Assembly (NCBI GenBank): GCA_907165135.1
Contig: OU015567.1
Location: 12,958,001 to 13,022,000, forward strand
Direction: 5' to 3'
DNA length: 64,000 nucleotides
DNA from: Oikopleura dioica
Lineage: Eukaryota; Animalia; Chordata
The notes beneath the pieces are model-generated. The model saw only the letters and a program-made list of their open reading frames with translations, did not search any database and had not been told where the DNA came from. Position 1 is the stretch's first letter. Every line of letters begins with the position of its first letter. This document shows, one piece after another, positions 49,551 through 61,149 of this stretch. Made by a program: the position numbers and the translations under genes.

Positions 49551-50290
49551 TTAATTTGGTGCTTTATTAAACAATTTATCGTATCCAGTATGATTTGGTG
49601 GTGCTGAGGCCCTGTGGGCTCGTTGGCACCACCACCAAGCGTCCGGTGACAGTGACGTCACCTCGGCACTGAGCAACTGGCACGAAGCAGCACGGCACAC
49701 TTGGAAGTACTTGGGAAGATGCACTTCGCTGGACAATCGGCCATTTAGAACTTCCCATACACAATGGTATTTGCCAGATAGGGAAAAATAGGCCTTTTTC
49801 GAATCTGCCTATAATCTATTTAATGGATAAATATGACGAGGAGAATTATTTATAGTTGAGATAAGAGTGCTAACTCTCCAGCAATAGCCAAGTGAAGGTT
49901 GTTTATGATGATGCAAAAGTGATGCTCGTTGTAGTGAATAACAAGTGTTTAGCTATAAATAATTTCGTGCGGACAAATAGACCCTATTTCTAAAGCATTT
50001 CGACCAATTGTTTTTTTGTAACCATGGTTCGGAATCCAGCTTTGGAAGATGGCTGACGAAAAATCGCAAGTTGAATTATTTGGTGCTCATATGAATCGAC
50101 TTTGAGCTGAACTTCATCGAAACATAGACGTCTGCATGAAAATAGAAAATAGAAGCTTTTGCACTAGAAATGCTTGTCTATGGAGTAATTTCCTAATAGA
50201 GCACAGTTTTTTTTGAATGCGGTGCTGCCCCGCAGGCAACAAATTGGCACACCAGCAGAGCACCAGAATCAAGAGGTGTCCTTAACATTA
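49551..50290 (-). CDS. Possible small multi-exon gene of unknown function
   Basis: GC-richer open segment 49551-49780 (…HLPKYFQVCRAASCQLLSAEV…WWWCQR) and phase-compatible open exons near 50030-50290. No family recognised. Confidence 0.25.
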
Positions 50291-50347
50291 CCTTTTGGGC
50301 TGTTTCTTTCTCCTAAAATACAGTAGGAGAAATTATAGAGAATAAAG

Positions 50348-51175
50348 ATGAGGCTCTTCTTTCTTATCAACATCGCTGCGGGTAAGCCAAGGGTTCACTG
50401 GGTTTTTTTTCATCTGTAAGTTGTTATTTTTGGAAATTCCGTGCAGCTCTGCACTTTTTGCGTTATTTTGTTTATATACGCAGCCATGCTCCGAATGACA
50501 CAGGCACGTAGTGACCAGTTTTTGGAACCACGAACTTATTTTAATCGGAATTTAAGCTTGCATGAATGCCCCGGATGGAGGATACGAGAGTGCCGAGGAT
50601 GTGCGCAGTCCGCCGCACGAGATGATTGAATATTTCACTGAGTGCGCCGATGGCCTCGTTGGCGAGATCGACATCATCTTCGTGACGATGAGCCAGTGGT
50701 ACATCGACACCGTCTATAAATGCGACATGAAAACTGCCTGCTGGAAGAAGTCGATCAAGAACAGCGACAACATTCCTCCTGAGATCGATTCTCGCGAAAA
50801 GATGCAAAAAGTAAAGCGGAATTAAATTTCATTACGAAAAAGGATTTTTTCAGATGTTAAAGTGCACCATCGACTTTTTCTCATCCGGATTTGCTGACTC
50901 CATCGACGCACCAGTCTCCAACGAGGACTTTCCTGACACCGCGAGAGATATTCTCCTTCCCCAATTCAACTTCTACGACTACTTCACTACTGCCAACGAT
51001 GCTTTGCCAGAGGGAATGCAGCATGGTGGAACTAATGATGCGGCAATTGAAGATTCTTTTTTCGGCGAACTAATTTACCCACGCTCATATGCTGCTCAGT
51101 GAGTGCTTTTATTTTTAGCTCTTTTCTGATAAATATTTTAGGTTTATTTCTGGCCGCTTTGGAAAACGAAAGTAG
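50348..51175 (+). CDS. Secreted protein (196 aa) ending in RFamide-type signal ...SGRFGKRK*
   Basis: Five GT-AG exons (50348-50381, 50484-50507, 50557-50810, 50854-51098, 51142-51175) total 591 nt in frame. Signal peptide MRLFFLINIAAAMLRMTQA and strong C/G-ending codon bias. Confidence 0.8.
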
Positions 51176-51266
51176 AAAATTATTTTAGAAGATCTCTGTA
51201 GCACCACGATTGTGGCGATCTTTCACTCACAACAATTCATAAGACATTAATAAAAGTTCACAAGGT

Positions 51267-51509
51267 TTATTTATTTGAAATCATGGAAGAGTTTTTTCGA
51301 AATCGCTCTGCTGCAGACTCTCGGAGTCTCTGAATGAAACGATATCTGCGGCAACTTCGTATATTGCGGCAAGGCTTCTGCTCCCTTGATTGAATCTTTG
51401 TTGCTTCGGCTCTAATAGCCTCTTCACAAGTTCTTGAGTAGTCTTCACATCTTATGACAGCAGTCAAGACTGGAGCAAGCAAAAAAGTAAGGAAACTTCG
51501 AAGTCTCAT
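51267..51509 (-). CDS. Small secreted Arg-rich 4-Cys protein (80 aa)
   Basis: Single ORF MRLRSFLTFLLAPVLTA|VIRCEDYSRTC...PCRNIRSCRRYRFIQRLRE..., with AATAAA overlapping the stop codon. Confidence 0.6.
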   Translation of the reverse strand: MRLRSFLTFLLAPVLTAVIRCEDYSRTCEEAIRAEATKIQSREQKPCRNIRSCRRYRFIQRLRESAAERFRKNSSMISNK

Positions 51510-51857
51510 TTTTGAAAAAAAAGTGAAGAGGTTGCTTCTTTTTATAGGCCTTATTGCGCAAAAAGAATCTGTTTTATTATCAAAATAAATAAAAATAATC
51601 TTTGTCCATCTGTCGAGTTTCTCAGAGGAAAAAGAATCATCTGCTCCATGACTAGTCAAATTTTATGATCGCTGAAGAATCTGCGTCAGTCAATTGTAAA
51701 ATGAAATTATGAAGGATTGATGCATTTTTATTTCCTCAACAAAACTGAATACTGACGCAATTGTTTTGCTTTCTTCTCTAGAATAGATGTTAGTTCCCTG
51801 AATTATCATAAGAACATGACCAGTTCGATTTCACTGAAAGGAGCGAAATCATTAAAA

Positions 51858-53232
51858 ATGTCCAACCCAGGCTTCCCAAGCTTCGGCACTGATGCCATCC
51901 ATGCCGGTCAGGATCCTGAGAAGTTTAACTTCAAATCAGCTGTTCCACCGATTACAATGGCCTCGACTTATCAACGAAGTGACACGGGAATCCCGGATCT
52001 AACCAATGGAAAGTACATTTACTCAAGGTTAATGATCAATCTACAACTCAGGCCCTTAAAAATATTCATAGACTCGGCAACCCAACTCGAGAATGTTTGG
52101 AACAGTGTATCGCTAAATTAGAAAATGCCAAGCACGGGCTTGCCTTCTCCTCGGGAATGGCCGCTATTACTGGCTGCATTCAAACTTTTGCTAAGGCTGG
52201 TGATCATGTGATTTGCGGTGACGATGTTTACGGTGGTACCAACTGGTATTTCAACAATATCGCCAACAAAAATGGGCTCCAGGTTGATATGGTCGACATG
52301 CGAAACATCGACGCCGTAGTCGCTGCTGTCAAAGATAATACACAGGTTATTCGAATTTCATTTCTCCTATTAAAAAAATGATGTCAGATCGTTTTCTTCG
52401 AGTCCATGACAAATCCTCTTCTCCGCGTCGTCGACGTAGCTGCCGTTGCTGAAGCTGTCCATCGAATCCGAGACGATATTGTCGTCATCGTTGACAATAC
52501 CTTCATGACTCCATGGAACATGCGCCCGCTCGATCTCGGGGCGGATATTGTCGTGCACTCAGCGACAAAATACATCAACGGACACTCTGATGTTGTTTGT
52601 GGTCTTCTATCGACAAACAGGTAAACCTGCAAAACACTTTTTTGATTGAAAATACGCAATTAGCAATAATATGCGAGAAGCCCTCTTTATGACTCAAATC
52701 ACCCTCGGTGGAGTTCCTTCTCCCTTCGACTCTTACTTGGTCAACAGAGGAATGAAAACACTTCATCTCCGAATGCCAAGACATGCCGAAAATGCGCTGA
52801 AAGTTTCAGAGTGGCTCGAAGCTAACCCAAGAATCGAAAAAGTCTACTATCCGGGTAAGAAAAACCAGTTTTCAAAAGACATCAGATCGAATTTCAGGCC
52901 TCCCATCCCATCCAGAGCACGAAACGTTGAAAAAAGTTGCACGAGGAGCTCCAGGAATCATTACTTTCTCCACTAAAGGTCAAGAAGAGCATGCCGTCAA
53001 ATTCCTCAAATCTACAAAAGTCGTCACTCTTGCCGTCTCCCTCGGTGGCTACGAATCTTTGGCCGAACATCCTGCTAGTATGACCCATGCAAATGTACCA
53101 AAAGAGCACAGAGAAGCCCTTGGTATCACGGACACAATGATCAGAATGTCTGTTGGACTAGAAGATGCGGAAGATATCATTGCTGACTTAGATAATGCGT
53201 TGAAACAAGCTCTTCCTGAAGGAAATTTCTAA
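51858..53232 (+). CDS. CTH: Cystathionine gamma-lyase
   Basis: FGTDAIHAGQDPE, AFSSGMAA, DDVYGGT, VDNTFMTP, HSATKYINGHSDV (PLP lysine), LAVSLGGYESLAEHPASMTH, IRMSVGLED. Confidence 0.95.
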
Positions 53233-53740
53233 CAACTGCAATAAATCAGTTTTCAATTATCAAATCAAGGGAAAGACGTAGATCCCAATTTGACTAGATT
53301 TTATATTATGAAACAGCCGGACAGATCCAGCTAGACGTTTATTCTAGCTTCAAGAATATCAATTATAAAAGAGTGTAGTTTAAAACCGACGCCAAAGTGG
53401 GTGAAGAATAAAATGGCGCGCGTTTATTTAAAAAAGCAAAATGATGAGAACCGAACTTTTTCAGATAAAAATAATTTACACCATTATACGTTTAAAACGT
53501 TAAAGTTAAATAAAATGGAACTGAGTGGAGAAGCAAAGAAGAATAAGGTGAGAAGTATGAAGAGAGAGAATAAGTTATTTAAATATTCACGATTTGGTTC
53601 GATGAAAACATTGTTTAAAACTTAGCGGGCAAGTTAGATACAGTGCTTTGCAGGGAAATCAAATCATACATAAATAAATAGATTAAGTTGAATCTTTGAA
53701 TCAAGAAAAAAGAGGCGTTTCAGCTGACCAGCAGCCGGGT

Positions 53741-56700
53741 TTAAGTTGAATGCCATGAGATGTAGTATGAAACGCGGTCGATGACTTTCTGGGCCACATT
53801 TCGGACAAACTCGTCGGTGTACTCGTAGTTGACGATTTCTTGGAGGCATTCGAAACCCCCTCTTCGTGGGTTAATTTGCAATACTACACGTTAATGATTA
53901 AAGACTTCAGAGTTGTAAAAAACTACCTTTTTGTCAGGATCACCGTGGGTTAAACTAGCAAGAGCCCAGGTGGCCCAAGTTTGCGCTTCTGGGCAATGGA
54001 AACACTTCAGTAAGTGAATAATAGGCTAGAAAGGCTTTACAAACGGATTGGTTCGTAATCCAGTACCTTTAGACTTCTGTAGTTGATATTCCGCTCAGCG
54101 GACTCATCCCAGCTCTTGATTGCTTCACACATCATTTCAGCGATTTCCGGTTTTCGCGCTAGAGCAGCGTTAATATCAGAAGAAAACGGGGCTATCTACC
54201 TAACAAAGAGTCTGGCCAAGGAGTGCTTGTGTCGCTCATCAGATGGGAAAGAGTTCCACAGGCATTGTACGCCACTTCCAAGCTGCTCTCGCCGCTTTCT
54301 GTCAACGCCATCGTGTAGAATCGTATCGTTTCCGTGCGAATAAGGTCTTTTCGCAGTTCAGGCACTTCAGCGATATTCCCTAGGAAAGATTCATTACCAG
54401 GAGGAACAGCAAAGGCATATCTCTTACCGACTAAGCCCATGATATTCCTCTTGAGCTCCGTATCTTCTGGGAATTTATTTAGACACTTGAGAAAGAGGTC
54501 GACTCCGTTGTGCTTGATGAAACGCTCCGAGTTCGCAGGAGCTTCGTCAGTAACGTTCCAGAGGCAGCTCCAACATCCCTTCAAGCTATCGTCCACAGAA
54601 TCGAATTCGAGGCGTTGTGTAATCACTACCATTATACTCTTTATAACTGATTGATGATGTTTCCGTACCTTGGCAGATAGTATCGATGAACTTGATCTTT
54701 TTTGTTGCTAGTTTGCGCTCTTGGTTTACTTGGCAGACGATTTGGTTGGCGATTTGTACGGCCATTTGGACCAGAAGCTCCGACTCGCGATCGGTTTGAT
54801 ATTTTGTTAAAATCTTAGACAATGATTAAGAGGTTCATTCCCTCTGAAGAGTACCTTTAACAAAGTGGAAGCAGAGGTTTCATAAATGAAGAGTAAGTCA
54901 GCTGGAATGCGGAATTTTAAAAGTGTAAGGAGGCAATTTCGAATCACTCTCATGTGATGTAGATTGAAGTTGATACATCGAATCAAGCATTTGATTGCTC
55001 TTTCTTTCATGGCTCTCACATGCTTGCAAGCTAGAAAAGATTAATTCGATTTTGCAAGAAAAAAGAAAACTTACGATGACCCTCGATAATAGGCGAAACA
55101 ACATAATACATATTTGCCGAAAGAATAAGGGGCAGCTTGTACTCATGATCGTTGTAGTATTTTTCGAAAATACCGATGCAGTCTTCCAAGAAATATGCCG
55201 GTTCATTTGAATTTTTAAGAAAATCGAAAATGCAATTCCAAATCGTTGCGGCCATTGCTGGTTCGTTTTGCCATTTGCGCGCAGTTATCAGCAGCTGTTT
55301 CGCTGATTTTGAGCCAGAAATATGGTTAGCCAGAAGGTGCATATTCTCGTAGTCGATTCCGCATCCCCAGAGGCCGAGAAAGCTCAACGGTAGGCGATCT
55401 AGCCAGCTTGGGAGGCCTGGTGACATATCGTTAGGACTTGGAGAGGGGATTTCTATCTTTTTGCAGCCATTTTCACCGGAAATTATGATCATCTTTTCAT
55501 CCTTCAATCCTCTACCGGCGCAAGTGCCAGAGACATCCAAAGAAATCAAGTTGGGCAGCATATCAAGAAAGGTGCTTATTTTATAGCCTCTTAGTCTGTT
55601 ATCAGAGATATTTTCCTCCTCTGTGTAACGATGCTCTCTCGGTACTTGGGAAACATCAAGGACCTCGAGAAGGTTGCATTTGAAGACTTGGGCTTCCAGA
55701 AAATTCGAATCAAACTCGGTCTCGTGGAGAATGAGAGTTTTAAGGGTGTTCCGGAGGCAGCCGATTGGAAATCTAATGAGGTCGAGGTGATTGAAAATGT
55801 CGGCTTGGTAGTTGGGCTGGACGATGTGCGAGAGATCCAGGTATGTAAGCGCTGGTGGGTTCGGATGGAATAGACTGAGACACGTAACGGAACCAACACT
55901 GAGCTCTTTGAGAGAAGGAAACGCTTCCTTCGACAAGGCGATAGTCCGAACAGTGCTGTAGTTGATCCCTGTACTAGTGTTGCTATCATCGGGAGTAAGA
56001 TTCGGAGATACGTCGGTGCAATCTATTACAAAAGTATTTACAGCTAGTCGAGCGGCCAATTGTTCGTTCGCTGGCGAGCGGCGGAAAGAGTAGCTCGCTG
56101 GATGGGAAGGAGGCGATTTATTGATGCAGGGGAATTTGATTGTTTTGCAACTTCTAGCGAGCTTGATTCGGGGACCACGCCTTTCGGATTTATTTCGCAG
56201 ACGCATTTCCATGCATCGTTCTTTCGGAGTTTCAATCGATAATTGATCAGTTTCCATCGTTTCGTGTCCGCTATCATTTGTTGGATAATCGAGATCATCA
56301 TCCAAGTCGACCATGTCAAGAACAGTAAGAGCGTTGTAAGAAATTTGCTGCGAAATTTTCATGTTACTCAGGTCCACTGATTTCAAGCGATTCTGGGGCT
56401 TCGCTAAAATGTCGAAGACAATTTCTTGATCAATATGAGGATATTTCTCCGTCGAGAATTCTTCGAGCATCAGCCCATCAAGTTTCTTGAGGCTTTCTTG
56501 GGCTCTGATGTTTGGTGGGTCGGAATTATTGCGATTAGACTGTGCATCATCATCGTCGTCGGAGTAAAATGGGTCAGGATCGTTGGAGAGACGCTTGTGA
56601 AAGTTTGAGCATATCATGTCGACGATTGAGGATGAAACAGCGCTGGGAATGGTGGTAGAGACGTTCTTTTCTTGTTGCCCCAGGGAGTGAACAAACGACG

Positions 56701-56743
56701 AGTTCGCGAGCTCATAAAGAGACTGGCCTTTTTGTCCCGTCAT
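53741..56743 (-). CDS. ZER1/ZYG11-family LRR-ARM CRL2 substrate adaptor
   Basis: N-terminal BC-box-like SLYELA, LRRs, CWSCLWNVTDEAPANSERF...NIMGLVGNIAEV, ISYRS, QTWATWAL, C-terminal AQKVIDRV. One frame break at C-run 53856-53860. Confidence 0.9.
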
Positions 56744-57039
56744 TTTATCCGATTTCAATACGGTCTGAAAAATTGATTACTGAAGGCGAGTTTTTGTTCG
56801 GAGACAATATTGGATTACTGTAAACAGGTTACTGTGACGGGTAATCTCGTACAGAGTTGTGAACTTGCGAAACAATTCGTAGTTCTAGATATTTTAGGTT
56901 TTTTGCCCAAAAAGGGCGGCAGTTGAGAAATTGAGAATTAAGATAATAATCCTAAATAATAAAAGGTCCAGGTAAATCAGGGTAGTTGTAAATATTGATA
57001 GCTAGCCGCTTCATGTCAGGATTTCGGAGTAGTGGCAGC

Positions 57040-59810
57040 CTACCACTGGCCGAAGTTTTGCTGGTCTTGATACCACTGAGAGTCGTCTTTGAATCGCTTG
57101 GGCCCTCCAGGGCCGCCTTGAAAGCCTCCAGGGTTGTTTCCACCGCCGCGGAAATTTCTCTTGAATCCTCCTCGTTGACCCCCGCCTCCACGGCCCATTC
57201 CACCTCGGCCGCCACGTCCACCAGGGCCGCCTCGGTTGAAGTTGCCGTTGAAACCGCCTTGAGGTTGGAAGCCACCTCCATATCCTCCGCCATAGCCGTA
57301 TCCGCCGCCATTCCATCCGTAGTCCCAGTTTCCTTGCTGCTGACGCTGGTTTTGACGCTGCATTTTTTTCGCTAAAAACGCCTGTTTTACTATCTTAGAT
57401 TAGCATCAATCTCTTACCTTTTAGGTTCTTGTCATTTGGCTTCGCAAGAGTTACATCAATAACTTCTCCATTGTCAAATTCTTTTCCATTCATCGCTTCC
57501 ATCGCTAGAATGATTTCTTAAAAACTCGAAAGCCGTTCATATTCTTGCCTTTCAGAGCCGATTCTCTCTCAACAAAATGGACAAACGAGAAGTTGTTGAT
57601 TTTCTTGACCTTTTCAACACTTCCATACGGCTCGAATAGCCCCTTTATTTCCTCTTCAGTTCGACTCTCCGACCAACCTTAAAATTATTATCCCATTTGG
57701 GCAGTTCCAGGGGCGCTAGAGAGCGACTACGCGTGCTATCACACTCGCCGCAGGGTACCTTTGACATAGAGGTTTTTCACAGTTGACATGACGGCATCAT
57801 CCGGCGTGTTCTCGGGATCAGCCCAGTCCACATTTTGGTAGTAGCGGCCGAAAAGGGCCAGGGATCGATTGAGAAGGTTTTTCTGAAAGCGCTGGTTCAA
57901 ACACCCAACCTCAAGACATCCCTACCTTGACAGTTGACGCGTCCATATGAGTTTCAAACTCGACAAAAGCAAATCCACGATTCGCTGCTCCATTGCTCTT
58001 CTGAGACTCCATCGGCTCGTACATGATGACCTCGGTCCACTAAATAAAAAATGATTCGACTTTGATTTGGTCAAGTTGGCATCATTTATAGTTGGCGCTT
58101 TTTGCGACTTTATTGTATCAAGTTTGGATCATGTCCAAGTAATGGGCCTTACTGTTGATTGATTCTATTTGTACAAACAATACTTTTAGCCCGTGAATTC
58201 ACGGCGAATGGAACTTCTTACGAGATATTCAAAAAAGAAATGAGATTTTTTGCTGTTCTTGGTTCTGCTCTTGCAGGTAAAAATAAAACAAGTCAGTCGT
58301 AAAAATATTCAAAATTGATTGAAGGTTATGTCCCGGAGTATTTCTGCGATCTGACGGCGAATGGAAACGCTGGATCGACTCCAAATGCGCCAGTTAATTA
58401 TATGTGCTTTGAATATCAATGTCCAAGACGAGAAAATATCATGCAACTGTATAACGGGCTACTTCAAATCCATGCTGGTAAGATGAACTGTTCATTTAGT
58501 CTTTCTAATGATTGTTTTAAAGATGAAAGAGGGCTTCAAGTCGACTGTAGGGACAGATCTTGTACAGAGACTCTGTACAATCATTACGAATTCTGCATTC
58601 CTGTAAGTTATCATCAATAAACCCCCCTTTTACATACAATTTAAGTGCTGCAACAGCCCCTACTCGAGGAACACAGACTACCGCTTTCCAACCTGCAAAG
58701 CGATTCGTACATTCTCTGATGCTTGTGATCACTTTCGCCGTTTTGGCAAATTCAATATCCGATATTACTAATAAAATCAAAGTAACACTTACCGTCGAGA
58801 CGCCCATATTTGTAAGCTCTTGCTCGAATTCTTGTTTTGACTTGTCTTTTGGAATCGAGCCGATGAAGAGGCGAGTTGCAGGGATGGACACATTCACGTG
58901 GAGCTTTTTCTCCATAAAAGGCTTCAAAATAAAGTTAAAGATGAGCATAGAGACAGTTACATACCTTGGTGTCAAGAAGAGCCTTGCATCGTTGTGCAGC
59001 ACCATCTTCAACGAAGCTGACAAAGGCAAATCCTCTTGACTTTCCATCGTAGCCCATCATCAAACGAATCTCATAAACTGTTGCTTCGGGAACTACTTCA
59101 AGCAGCGACCAGATTTCAGGTTCAAAAGCATCTCGATGAAGAGAACCAATGAAGCATTCACCGTTGTTTTTCTTCTTTCCGGAGAAAACGCTCTCTGGAG
59201 GGGGACCTCCGAACTTTCGCTGGCCAGTAGTAATTGTCAAGTTGTAGCCAGTCTTAGCAATTAGTTCTTGAATCGGCTCAGGGTCGGGCGCATGGTACGA
59301 CCACTCGATCGGGTCTGATCCACCTTGCTCCAGGTCTGAAAATTAATTTCTTCTCTTTTTGGCGGGAAGAATGCGTTTACCTTGATTCTGCTGGTGGCAG
59401 GCAATGATGTTTGCAAAGAATTGGCTGATTTTCTCGATAGGCGCGCTTTGCGCAATTCGATCGAGCTCGCTCAAAGCCTCTTTGGCGTGTTTGGCGTTGA
59501 GATTCTTGAATCGAGTGATGGCGAATTTGTCAATAGTCTGGCCGACGACGTTTGGGTAAGCAAGAATCGCCTCCATCTTTTCCCGCAGCTCGGGATCGAG
59601 GTAGCCCGCAATATCATCAGAGAGCTTCGCTTCGCCAGAGCCGTTTTCAGCGCCATTTTCGACTCCGTTTGCTTCAGCAGCTCCGTTTTCCTCCTTGACT
59701 TCACCCACAATCGCCTCCGGTTCGACCTTCAAATGAGTTAAAAAAAAAATATATTTTGAAGCAGAACTATAAGCCCTTACCTTAACCTCTTCCTGTTTTA
59801 TCTCGTCCAT
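57040..59810 (-). CDS. hnRNP Q/R (SYNCRIP-like) RNA-binding protein
   Basis: Acidic N-terminal domain, TITTGQRKFGGPPP, RRM1 CFIGSL..RGFAFVSF, RRM2 RLFIGSIPKDKSK..NRGFAFVEF, RRM3 FEPYGSVEKVKKINNFSFVHF, RGG/Gly-Tyr-rich tail. Confidence 0.92.
58240..58620 (+). CDS. Small secreted 6-Cys protein (95 aa) nested antisense in an hnRNP intron
   Basis: Three GT-AG exons (58240-58276, 58325-58477, 58523-58620) total 288 nt in frame, with signal peptide MRFFAVLGSALAG. It lies wholly inside host intron 58040-58792. Confidence 0.75.
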
Positions 59811-61149
59811 CTTTCCAGACGCAAACTAGGTACTGAAAAAGTAACTGTGTTAGTATTGAAAAAATCGGCGAAACTAGAAAAGAAAAGAATTTGAGATAGT
59901 CGAATTTTGAAAGATTTGTTTATTAGAAAACGGAATGGTTGTGACTTTTGCGGCAGATTTGGATTAATTTCGTCCTTTCGTGAAATTTTTGACTTTTACT
60001 GGCGAAATTTTCTCGGCAAATGGCTGAAATTTGCGAAAAACAAACTGTCGAAATTGAAGTGTGTTGGAAATTTTTGGGCAAATCGTCGGCTCCAAGATTT
60101 TTAGGGACATTTCAAGCTGCGAAAATTTGGAAACAGAAAACCTTGAAAAAATTTTCGTTGTTGATTTCAGCGCGCTAAGTACTTACTCGATGCAGCAACT
60201 TGTACGATTTTTTGGATTTGCTTCATACTGTTATCACTCTAGAAAACCAATTATATTAAGAATATTGCTAAGCTGCGTATTCTGCGATAATTCGCGGTCC
60301 TTTTCCCCTCCGCTTCTCGGAAATTCCGACCCCCGGGCACGGTCAAAATTTTTTCAACCCCAGAATTTCAACCATGAAATTTTCGTGGAAAGGAAGACAA
60401 AACAAACAGATATGGCTTTCGAACGTTTATTCCATTTCTTCGATAGTACATCTAGTCCTCCAGTTATTACTATTTTTGTATTGAAAGGTTCAGTCCAAAC
60501 ACAGTGGTACGCACAGTACAAGTTGCTCGTAGAAGTTGCCCAGCTCTCATAGAAAATCAGAGCATGCGATAGTAGAAGTTCGTAAATGAAGGAGAAATAG
60601 TAAAAATGACAAATGTTTCGTTAGTACGCGAGTTTGTTTTTTTCGAATATTCGGAGGTGATTACGACCGAAGGTAAAAGAAAGAGTCGGGAATCATATTT
60701 ACAGAGAAAGTAAGGACAAATGTGGAAAATATGACAAAAAGTAGAAACTTAAAATTGAAAATTTCAATGTTATCAGTGAATAGTTGAGTAGAACTTAAAG
60801 TTTGGATTCTTTGAAAAATGGTTTTTGACGAGGTTGTTGCATTTTTTTTTGAGATTGAGAATGAAAATTTTTTTCATTTTTGAAAGCTTGTTTGAATAAT
60901 TCAAAACTCATGTTTCTTGGAAATGTTGAATAGTCTATAAAAGATAATAATATGAAGATTTCAGATTGTTAAATTGGTCACTAATTCGCTTTTCACTGGT
61001 AAGGAAAACTGATCGTACGAATGCTGTGGGTAGAAAAAATAACAAGAAAGTAACAAGGTCAATAGGTTGTGTAAAGTACGTTATCTTGGGGGAAAGAAGC
61101 AGATAAGGTTGAGATTGAGGGGGAAATTGGGTACTAGAAAAGGCTTTTT

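Noticed and set aside
53856-53860. Alternative ZER1-like C-terminus via frameshift
   Set aside because: A sixth G gives EEGGFECLQEIV...AQKVI, matching the family; it is a homopolymer site.
58620-58792. Poison cassette exon in the hnRNP intron (TAA immediately after an AG near 58767)
   Set aside because: It would need a 25-nt upstream intron, shorter than any well-supported intron here; no other support.
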